Shown piece by piece: positions 1-12,000 of a DNA stretch of 64,000 nucleotides. The translations under genes were made by a program, and so were the position numbers. Under the pieces are notes generated by a model. It was not told where the DNA came from. It ran no database searches and was given only the letters and a program-made list of their open reading frames with translations. How positions within the stretch are numbered: position 1 is the first letter of the stretch; each line of letters opens with the position of its first letter. The DNA lies in IMG/VR virus record IMGVR_UViG_3300031857_000038, positions 32,001 through 96,000 of that record. One strand, given 5' to 3'. The stretch comes from a virus.

Positions 1-2
1 CT

Positions 3-3000
3 TTCGAAAGCACTTTGTACTACAACTGCAATGAGGCTAATCTAGAACAGGACGCCGACCTACTATCATTCTCATTGATTGGTTATCGCCCAAGAGATTA
101 TCTCGCATTAGCAGACTTGACAGACATTACCCAAATCAATGTCTACAAGAACATGATCAAGAACAAGGGTACTGTTAATGCTGTAACTGCATTTGACGGT
201 GTTAACTTGCCTCAGGGCGGCATTGAATACGAAGTTTATGAAAACTGGGCAATCAAGTCAGGTGACTATGGTGGTTTGCTAAGTCAAAACTTTGTAGAGT
301 TTAGAGTTGACCAAAATCTTTTGACCGGTAACCCAAGCATCGTGTCATTAACTAACGGTGTCTACACTGAAGGCGCACAGCAAGAAGTACCTATCTATAG
401 TTTGTTTAACTACGGTGATACTATTACTGATCCAAATGTATTGGCAGTAACCACTGACCCATATAATAATCTGTACCCATCAGCCGGTTATGCTAACTTT
501 AACGATGTGAAAATGTCGTCCTTCTACTATGGTGGATTGCCTAACGGTGTCAACAAAGAAGGCATAGTTGTTCCTATTCAGAATTTCTATGTAAGAGACT
601 ATCTATGGTTAGCAAGCTTTAAAGAAAAGTGGGGAATCTTTTCTTGGAGCCCAATCGGTGAAGTAGTTGAAGTAGCAGCGAACCTAAATAATACTGCGAC
701 AGTAACATTTAGTAAGCCACACAACTTGAAGAATCTAGATCCAATCGCTATCGTTAACTTTAGTGAAAACGTAGACGGTTACTATATCGTAACTCAGATT
801 GTTAACTTGAATCAAGTAATAATCAACTTGAATGTTTCTGGTCTTGAATCAAGCGGTATCACTGGTTCAGGCATAGGTATGTTAATCTACAGTCAGCGAG
901 TCGCACAGCCCGGTGATATTAATACTCTACCTCTTCTAGAAGCTGAGTTCACCAAGAACACTGTTTGGGTAGACGAAAATACTGACGGTGGTTGGGCAGT
1001 ATACAGAAAAGGTATCAACTACGCTAGACAGGGTGAGCTATCCACAACCACTTCAAGTACATTTGGTAATAGCGTTGCATTTACAGAAAGTGCCGGTTAC
1101 CTAGTTGCTGATTCAGCTACGGGTACAGTCTATAGATATTATTACAAAAATGCAAATTACGATCTAGCTGAAACTATTACTAACGATGATAGTTTTGGTG
1201 AGAAAATTGTACATAACAATAATACTTTTGTAATTTCTCAGCCAACTACTAATCCAGCGGTATATGTATACTCATGGAATGATACTGCCTTAGCAAACGA
1301 GTTGTTACTAGCTCAAACTATCGCCGCTCCAGGGGGAGTGACTGATTGGGGAAGTGAATTAGCTATCTCCGGCGATGGTAATTGGGTCTATATTTCAGAT
1401 ACGTTGAACACTCAAGTATATGTTTACAGAAAGAACAATCAAGAATTTTCTGCTGGTTACTTTGTCCCAACACAAACATATGTAATTACTGAGTTGGGTA
1501 CTACTGACTTTACTGCAATTGGTGCAATTGAAAACAGTGTTGGTATTACTTTTGAAGCGACAGGAATAGGAACTGGTACTGGTACAGCAATCAATACTAC
1601 ATACGAATTAGTAAACATAATTGAAAATCCTGACATTGTGACTGCCGGTTCATTTGTTATCGGAGAAGAATATAAAATCGTTTCATTAGGAAATACTGAT
1701 TTTACATTAGTTGGTGCAGCATCAAATAATGTAGGGGTAGTGTTTACTGCTACTGGTATTGGCGCTGGAACCGGAACTGCATCAGCACAAAGCAACAGCT
1801 TTGGCACTGCAATCTCTACCGATTTTGACAGTGATTGCTTGTTCATCGGTGCACCTAACAAAGATTATAGCGTGAGCGTAACTAATTGGGGAGAAGTTTA
1901 CTTCTACCAACGTTCTGTTCAAAACTTTGAATCAACTGCTGTTTCTACGTTAACGCAGCCGCAATTCTTTGCATTAGGCTGGACACCTGATACTGCAACT
2001 AAAGCAGTAACAGCTACCTCTGACAGCACTGACAGAATCACATTAGCGAACGTATCTGGAATCAGTGTAAATGATGCTATTACTTTTGAGGGCACTGGTC
2101 TAGCTGGAACAGATATTATTGCATATAAAACATATTATGTTGCTCAAGTATTTCCTATGTCCAATGCGATTACTATTAAGGAATCAAGATCAAAAGCAAA
2201 CACTGATATAGTTCAACTATCTACCGTTTCGAGCATTTCTAATGCAACGGCCCATGTTCAAAGTGAATTGTTGCTCGTAAATGTCAACGGACGTATGGTT
2301 CAGGATAATAATTATGCAGTTGTAGGTAGTTCACTAGTATATACTGGCTCACTAAATGCAGGAGACATTGTAGAAGTCAGTGGTAATGATTTTTATAATG
2401 TTCAAACGTTCAACGCTGCTTCTAATAGCGCAATCAACATTCAATTTGGATATGATTTGGACGTTACACGACAAGCCTCAGAACTATTGATTGGCAGCCC
2501 ATTTGAAATTGACTCTGAGAATAGAGAAGGTTTGGTATATAGATTTACTAATGGTGGTGCAAGATTTGGTATTGTAGCAGGTGAGAATCAATGCTTCCTA
2601 TCAACAACCCGCAGCATTTTAATCAACGGATATCAAGTCACATTGGCTGCTGGTACTGCCGCTGCCGTCGCCAACCAAATCGTAAATTCACGAGTACCTA
2701 ATATTACTGCATCTGCAACTACAGACAATAAACTTATCATTCAAGTAGTTGATCCAAACTTAGCAGAAATCAATAACCAGCTGATGGTCACTGCATTTGA
2801 TACTGCTACTTTAGATGAATTGGGTATCAGTGTGTATTCACCTACTCAAGTAATTCCCTGCCCTCACAAAGAAGGCCCAACTGAGTTCGGCAAGACAATT
2901 AAGTTCAATCAGTTTGACTCAGTTGTAATTGCTGCTCCTGCAGGTCCTAACTTTGTAGCCACTACGTTTGACTTCACTGATGACGAGAATCTAGACAACG

Positions 3001-6000
3001 ACACTGTGTTTGATAACAATGCAACTAGATTTGTTGAGAATTATCCTAACGCTGGCGCAGTCTACATGTTTGATCTATTGACAAACAATAACGGCAGCTT
3101 GTCGAATCCTGGTGCATTTGTATACGCACAGCCATCCAACAGTGCAAATCTAGATTTTGTCATCAATCCGTATTACGGTGAAGCTGTTGACTTCTACGAT
3201 AACGTTGTTATTGTGGGTGCTCCAAATCAAATAATCAATCCATCAAGCGTAGGCCAGGTAACGACTTTTGTTAATGCAACTGGTGTAAGAGACTGGTCAG
3301 AGTATCGTCAAAGCGCACCAATCGTAGATATTAACAAGATTCAAAATACACAGTTGTTTAGTGCTAGCACTAATAACACCCTAATAAATCTAGACTACAT
3401 GGATCCGTTGCAGGATAAGCTATTGGGTGCAATAAGAGAAAACATTGATTATGTTTCACCAGAAGACCCAGCCAAATACAACGTTGATCCGCTAAATGTT
3501 TCTGCTAATGTTTGGGGAAGTCTACAAGTAGGAAAAATCTGGTTCGATACATCAACTGTTAGATTCGTGAACTACCATCAGAATGATGTAGTGTACAATA
3601 GCGAGTACTGGGGAACTGTATTCCCTGGCTCAGATATCTCAGTATGCACTTGGGTAGCTAGCAATGTTCTTCCTGGTCAATATCAGGGACCTGGAACTCC
3701 AATTGATCCTACAAAGTATGCAGTCGGTAGTAGATTGAATGCGTCTAACATCGTTACTCCAGTTTATTATTTCTGGGTAAGAAATAGCGGCCTAATTGTT
3801 AAAGAGCGTGAGAAGACCCTATCAGATGCAGTACTTGCATCATACATTGCAAATCCACAGAGTTCTGGAATCGCATATATGGCACCATTATTGCCTAATA
3901 CTTTTGCGTTGTACAACTCAGCAGAATACATCAATGATATTGATAGCGTTTTCCATATCGGATTTGCTACTAACCAAGACACTGATGTTCCTCACAACGA
4001 ATTTAAATTGATTCGTCAGAATTTCCCTGATGACTTCTTACCAGGTCTGATGCCCGGTGAAGAGCCATTCTCTCTATATGCAAGAATGCTTGATAGTTTG
4101 TCAGGTACTACTATTAGTGGAGAGATTGTACCTAATCCTTTCTTGCCACTAGCTGTTCAGTCAGGCGTGCTATCAAGACCAAGACAAAGCTTCTTCTACA
4201 ACAGATTTGAAGCACTAAAGAACTACTTGACATATGCTAACGCAGTTCTTGCACAGTATCCTATTACTGAAATAAAGCCAGACATTTCGTTCGCTTTCGT
4301 TTCGGATGAATTTTACAATACCGCAGATTATTGGGAGTACATCAACTGGTGGGCACCGGGTTATAACAACAGCACTAGAGCTTTTGCACAGGTACCGTTG
4401 TACGCCGATCTAGCAGAGCTTACAGTAAACCCAGGCACTTTAATTAAAGTAGATAATAACGGCAGTGGTTCGTTTGAAATTTATCGCTATGACGGTGAAG
4501 GTGTCTGGACACGAGTTGGTCTAGAAAACGGAACAATCGCATTCAGCAGCGCATTGTGGGAGTATGCTAAGTTTGGCTTAGGATACGGAAACGATTTCTA
4601 TGATACTATACCATATGATGACTATCCAAGCGAAGCAACTAGAAATATCATTCGTCTCCTAAACGAGCAAATCTATACTCAGGAGTTGTTGATTCACAGA
4701 AACAAGAGTCTAATTCTACTCTTAGAATACATCCAAACGGAAACAATAGAGTCACAGAATTACTTACCTTGGCTTTCTAAAACATCATTGATGGATGTAT
4801 TCCACACTGTTCGTGAACTACGACCATTTGAAGTATTCAAGAGTGACAATGTTGAATTCTTAGAAGGTTATATCAACGAAGTCAAACCTTATCACGTAGT
4901 CTTAAAAGAGTTCTTGATTAAGTACGATGGTATGGAAGTCTATGATGGAAACATTACTGACTTTGATGTTCCTGCAACATACAATACTAATTTTGATCAG
5001 TATATAAGCCCGCAGCTTGTATTCACTGACCCTGATAATGAATATCAGTATGATGAAACCTCGCCTATATGGTCTACTGCCCCATATACTCAGTGGTATC
5101 AGAATTATGGTTTGTCATTGACTGGGCAAGAAAACTACCTTATAACTACACTAAAATCATATATGGATTTGGGTTCTAACGTAATGCTGGTAGATAATGC
5201 TAGCGGTTTCCCATCCAACGGTGTTATACAAATTGATCAAGAAATAATTTCTTATGCATTTGTTGACAGAAACTTAAATCTGTTGGGAGGCTTGTCAAGA
5301 GGTTTCAATAACTCACAAGTATCAGAACATATTCCTGACTCAGATATCTTCATTGATTTGCCTGCGGTGGTAGTGCTGGATGAAGGTTCCGGTTACACTC
5401 AAGTACCAAGAGTAACAGCATACGTTGATACTGCATTGTATCCTGCACCTAGAACAGAAGCAATATTACAAGCAGTAATGAGTGGCGGAAGAGTAAGTTC
5501 AGTTCAAGTTATTGATCCAGGCGAAGGCTACGTTGTTTTACCTGAAATTAGAATTGATTCTGCATACACAATTCCATTTTCGGACACTGACATTAACGCA
5601 AGCCTAAACACAATTAATATTAATGCTCCTTTCCTTAGAACAGGTGAGATAGTTAAATTCAATAGTGGTACCGATGGGGCAAAGCCAACTAATCTTGTAG
5701 ACGATTCTTGGTACTACGTCGGCGTTCTTGAATCACTGCCCTCAGTAATCATAGCTCTCTACACTAACTATAGTGATGCAGTAAAAGATCAAAATAGAAT
5801 TAATATTGCACCTGGTTTAGCTTCTAATGATATGACGCTTTCTCCTGGAGCTAGAGCCTCAACTATTACGAGTTCAGCTCCTACTAGAGAAAATAATATC
5901 ACATTGCGCTTTGATAGAACTACCTACAATTCTCAAGTTATTGATTGGGAATCAGGAACATTCTATGGCGCATTCTTTGCTGGCACATACTACAACAGTG

Positions 6001-9000
6001 ACAAGATATCAAGTTCGGCCATCACACTAGAAAATACTGAGCCAGATATCAACACTATCTTAGCAAGTGCCCAAGGCGTAGCACTACAAATTAGTGATGT
6101 TACCGATGAAGAGGAACTTGTTTGGTCTGCGTTTACTCGCTATGTCAGCGGAACCTCAAGTGTTGATAATTCTATTAGTCTGATTCCACAAGACGGAAAT
6201 AACCCTGACTTGTCAGAGTTAGAACCAAACGCTTCAGGAACAACAATCGGTTTCTACATCGGAATGCCTATTAAATTCGTTGGTACTATAGTAGGCGGCC
6301 TATCAGAAGGCGTAACATACTATGTTTCAGAAATTATTGACGAAATTAAGTTCTCTGTATCAGACACTATAAACGGTTCTACAAGAGTACTCAATAACGG
6401 AACAGTAAACGCACGATTGCTTGAGTGTTATACAGGAAACATCAACGAAACTGTTATTGTCTCAGTTGATTACCCAGGTATTATTGAAGCAACGCAAACT
6501 GAAGGCGTCATCAATGCTATTACAGCGCCGCTATCGCCGGTTGGAACAGGAGGAACAATTGGTTTCTACACGAATCTTCCTGTATTCTTTACTGGTAACG
6601 TGTTCGGCGGAATAATTGAAAACTTTAATTATTATGTAACCTCTGTAATTGATAATCAGACATTTACAATCAGCGAAACACCAAACCCAGTAACTGTCAC
6701 TGTCACACAAACTAAGGCTAGTGGAAACAGTCTAGTTGTTTCAACTATTAATGGAATCTCTAGAAATGATCCAATCATCATCACTTCTTTGACTGGTGGA
6801 TTGGCTACTAGCGGAATAGTTGCAGGTAGAACTTACTATGTAAGTCAGCTCATTAACCCAACCGAACTTACGATTTCTGAAGTAGTAAACGGTCCTGTAC
6901 TATCAGTTGCTAGTAGAGTTGGTACTGCGGTCTTGACTAACCAAAAGGACACTGTAAAGTTAACGAACGCTACTGGTTCAATGACAATGAATGTTTCTCT
7001 ACCGGTTAGCCCAGGACAAGTTGACGGACAGTTATTCACATTGTATAAAACTTCCGGACAGTTTACTGATATTACTCCTTCAGGTGCTAACTATTCAGAC
7101 CTAATTGAAAGACCAATCAGAGCTACAATTGGTACAGTAAACAAGATTGCTATCTCTGAGAACGATGGCGGAACATTCAACTTCTATGTGAACATGCCAA
7201 TTCAGGTACTCTCAAACGTAGGCGGACTAGTAACTGGTACTACGTATTTTGTAACTGAATACTCAGGAATGGTTGATCCATTAGATAGTGAACTTACGCT
7301 GCCTAATATTCAAGTTGAAGTTACTAACACATCAGATATCGGAAATGTGTTGACCTGCACAGTTGACCTTCTTAGAGGATTTGATGGCACTGACTCACTT
7401 TACGAAAAAATGCCTATTACATTCCAGGGAACTGGTTTAGGTGGCATCGTAATTGATCAAGAATACTATGTAAAAACGATAGTAAGTGCTACTCAATTTA
7501 CTGTTAGCGAAGTAGTAGATGGACCTGTCAAGGTACTAACTCTTGCTAACGGACTTATGGTCGGCACTGGCGACCCCTACATTACGGTATCAACGTCAAA
7601 GGGAGGCTCATCGGTTGCATTGACAGATGACAACAGTGCTACTTCTTCATTCACTCAGTTTATTACAGTAGACCCAGTATTTGACCTTTCATATCTGTTA
7701 GGCGGATATAACGCTATTATCTCTACTCCGGGTGAAGGGTTTGCAATTAGCAACACTATCTTAATTCCAGGAACAGCAGTTGACGGTACTTCACCAGCTA
7801 ATGACATACTATTGACAGTGAATACAATAGATGAGGATGGCGGTATTACTTCAGTAATTCGCTCAGGAACTCCACCAAGCGTTGCAAATCAGTACTACAT
7901 GCAAGTCCGTTCAGCAAACACACTTGCGGTATATAAGAACAGCCTATTAACAATTCCAGCAACTCCTGCTGAATTTGATTACGTAGGTTACACTACCGCG
8001 ACTGTAACAGAAACCCAAACATCAACCGATATTATTACCGTAAACAGCACAGCCGAGTTTGCAGTCAATGATGCGGTAGTATTCACTGGCGATGTTACTG
8101 GCGGCATGAACTTAGGTCAAACTTACTACATCCTAGACAACGGAAACTTCACCGCTACAACACTACAGATTAGCGATACTCCTGGCGGAAGTGTAATTCC
8201 TCTAAGCACTGCAACGTCACAGAATTATTCAATGGCTAAATTAGGAAGTGTCGCATTTCTTCCAGAACCATTCTTCTTCAATCAAAGTATTGTTAGATTC
8301 AATAACCGAGTATATGTCTGTGTAGTCTCTAACAACGATGACGAATTCATCTTTGGTAAGTGGGAACTGTTAGACAGCGGCGACCGTAGATTGAATGCGA
8401 TGGATAGAGTCATTGGTTACTATCAGCCAACGAGCAATATGCCCGGTGTTGACCTACAGCAGCTATTTGAGGGTACTACATATCCTAACCCAATCTATCA
8501 GGGTAATAACTTTGATCCAAACTTACAATATGGTGTTGATACTATATTGACTCCGCTTCCATTCTATCCTAGTGAAGTTGATATCAGCGGCATTATTTGG
8601 AACGGTGACAACTATTTGGCTAGTGCTAACTTGCCAGGATACAACGCTATCTTGACAAGCGAAGATGGTGAAACATGGACTATCAATCAACTAACAAACA
8701 ACAACATTAATACCACAAGCATTTCGCAGTTGAACGGGTTCTACTTCTTAACGTCAGCAAACCCAACTGTTCCGCTTCTTAGAAGTGTTAATGGGGTAGC
8801 ATGGTCTGCGGTATCATATTTTGTACCGTTTGGAACAACTGAACTAGAGTTACAAAATCTCGCAGCACTGAATATACCTTCACTATCACTAAATGATGTT
8901 GCATACTGCACGACCGGTGATGCATGGGTATCAGTAGGTAGAAACATTTTAAGAAGCGAAGATGGAATTGTTTGGAGAGAATTGACCGAATTCAATCCAT

Positions 9001-12000
9001 CGCTAGAATATAATCTTAATGCAGTATCATCTGTGACAGGAGCAAACTGTTTGGGGTTAGTAGCAGTAGGTAAGGGTAAACAACCTGATTACTCAACTGG
9101 CGTCACGCAATTGGTTGATGTTGGTCTAATCTTCTACAGTCAAAATAGTGTCAACTGGAATCAGATTCAACCTCTTACTAGCAATGGCTTGTACGGCGTA
9201 TCCAGTGACGGAACTACAGTAATTGCAGTGGGTGAGCGTCAAGTAATCTACTACACTCAAAACGGTTTTGATTGGCTTGGACTAAATGAAGTAGGATGTG
9301 TGTTTGTTGATAGCATCAACAATTACCTCAACGTCACTAACACTGCCGGATTCACTGATGGATCGCTAGGCACCCCGGTAAGATTCAATAACTCATTCTC
9401 TACTATAGTAGCAAACACTACTTACTATGTCAAGGAAATAATTTCACAAACTCAAGTAACACTATCGTCAACACTTGATGGTAGCGTACTCACGCTTTCA
9501 AGTGCTTCTATTCCTGACAATACAAGAATGTTTGTATACGATGCTAGTGATCCAATTCCAGCTACACTAAACGACATTTTGTATGCAAACAGTCTTTGGA
9601 TTACAGTTGGTAATGAGGGTACTATCAAGACCTCAACAGACGGCATCGTTTGGGAAACTCGCACTAGCAACACTACTAATAATTTAGATAACGTCACGTA
9701 TAATGAAGATCAAGGAGTGTTCGTTGTAGTAGGAGAAAACAACACAATCCTAACAAGTGCTGATGGCATCAGTTGGGAAGAGACCTCAGTGTTTGATCCT
9801 ATTGTACCGGTATATGATGTGAAGGGTGCAAACTTCCAATTCGGATATGCACCGGAAGAATTAGTAGCAGGTGTTGTAAGCGACAATCTCGCATTGATTG
9901 TAAACACTAGACCAGGATCTAACTGGCCTGTTGTTGAATATGGACACACTGGATTCAACGTCAACTCTATTGAAGTAGCACCTATCAATGCAACGCAGCT
10001 AGAGTACAGCTTTGCAAATCTAGCAAATGTTCCGGTAACACTTAGAGTACAGGTTATTAATGGTACTACTGAGTTGGGAACTACACTATCACCTGATGCT
10101 TATACTATTGATTGGATAAACAAGAAAATCATATTAGATCAGGCAATTAGTTTCTCTCCAAGACTTGATAAACTAAGAATTGATGTATACGAAGCAGGCA
10201 ATGGCGACCAGCTTGTGAAGGCAAGCACGGATACTTATCCTATCATTACTGATAGCGACTTTGGTTTTAGAGAAATCAATCTATCTTGCAACTACAGTGC
10301 TACTATCTTTGAGGGTGGTGGCGCTCTAAGACCCGGCACTGATAATGTGAACGTTAGAGTCTTTGAAACTGAATCTGTCACAAATCGTATTTTCTGCGAT
10401 GAGGTAGCAGACTTCATCATTAACAGTCCGATATCATTCCAAGGTGTTCCGTTCGGTGGCTTGCAAGAAGAAACTGTTTACTATGTCAAGACAATAAGCT
10501 TCGCAACCAATGCAATCACTGTGTCTACAGTTTTTGATTCATTGACCGGCATAGCTGGACCAACTACTGAGTTGACAGACGATACAGGCGAAATGTTTGC
10601 AAACATTCAGAATGGTGTAGCTGCTGTTTGGACAGATCCACTCGTAGAACACAATGGCGAGAAATTAGTGTTTGGTGGTATTGGTCTCGTTACTAGATCA
10701 AAATCTAGCAACAACGCACTGACCACTGGAACTACAAGCGGATTGATTGTTGGTACTCCTATCACCTTTGGTCAGGCTTCATTTGGCGTATTAGTACCCT
10801 TCCAAAGATACTATATTCAATCAATCATTGACGGTAACGAATTTACTATTTCTGAAACACAGGGCGGGCCAGTTCTAGCTCAGGATGATTTCGCAGGAAC
10901 TACTACATTCGTGACTAATGATTACTCAATTGGACTTAGAAATGGTAATAAGGCAAAGTTAGTATTTGCAAACAATACCTTTACTAACGATGTTGACTAT
11001 ATATCCTTCTCAATCTTTGGCGAAACACAGCCAGCGCAGTATGGTTATGCTGTTCCGGAAACTCAGTATTACGCAGGAAATGGTTCAACCAGTCTATTCC
11101 AGTTAGCTAACTTTGTAGGCTTAGATAACCCACAAAATGCGATTGTGGAAGTGAACGGTGTTAGACAGACTATATCACAGTATACGATTGACGCTATCGC
11201 CAACACAATATTGTTTGATAGTCCTCCTCCCGCAAACTCAGTGGTTGCGGTAACTACGTACAACGATACATTAAGACAATACCTAACCAGTCAGTATGAC
11301 ATTACTGGTAACCCAGGTTCTTCGTTGCTTAACCTAACAGTTATAGAAACAGTAAACGAGCTAGGAACATATGACCAAGACGCTCCGGTAGTTCAAACAT
11401 ATGACCAAGATACTCCTGTTATTGTTCTCTATGATGAATTCTTGAACTATCTAACTTTGGGACCAGGCGATGACACCAGTGTATTGAATGTTAACGATTC
11501 ATTGCAGTTCAGCGCACCAACATTAGGCGGAATTGTTGCAGGACAAACCTATTATGTTCTTCAAATTCTTAACTCTACCGACTTCGTAATTTCTGAAGAA
11601 GTAGGGGGAACTCCTTTTGTAGTGTCTGATGATACTGGGTCAATGTCACTGTTGGCAAACGGATTGACGGTTGCGCCTATCGCAAATATCAGTAATAGTT
11701 TGACTCCGCCGATAGCTATTAGCAACGCAACAAGCACAACCGCAGGATCTCCTAATCAAATCACAGCAGATAGCACTACTGGATTTATCGTAAATCAACC
11801 AGTTCAGTTCTTTGGCACATCATTTGACGCCAACATTAGAACAGACGGTGTTGTATACTTTATTAGAAGTATTGTTAATAGCACTACGTTTACTATTAAA
11901 GACGCTGCCGGTACCCAAATTGTGACTGTTGGTGGTTCAGGCAATATGCAAGTTGTAGTGGGCGGACAGCCCAGTGTGCGTGTAACTACCTCAATTGAGC

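Noticed and set aside
11366-11410. 15-nt direct repeat AACATATGACCAAGA, 30 nt apart
   Set aside because: In-frame micro-duplication (TYDQDxP twice). No sign of an att site or mobile element.
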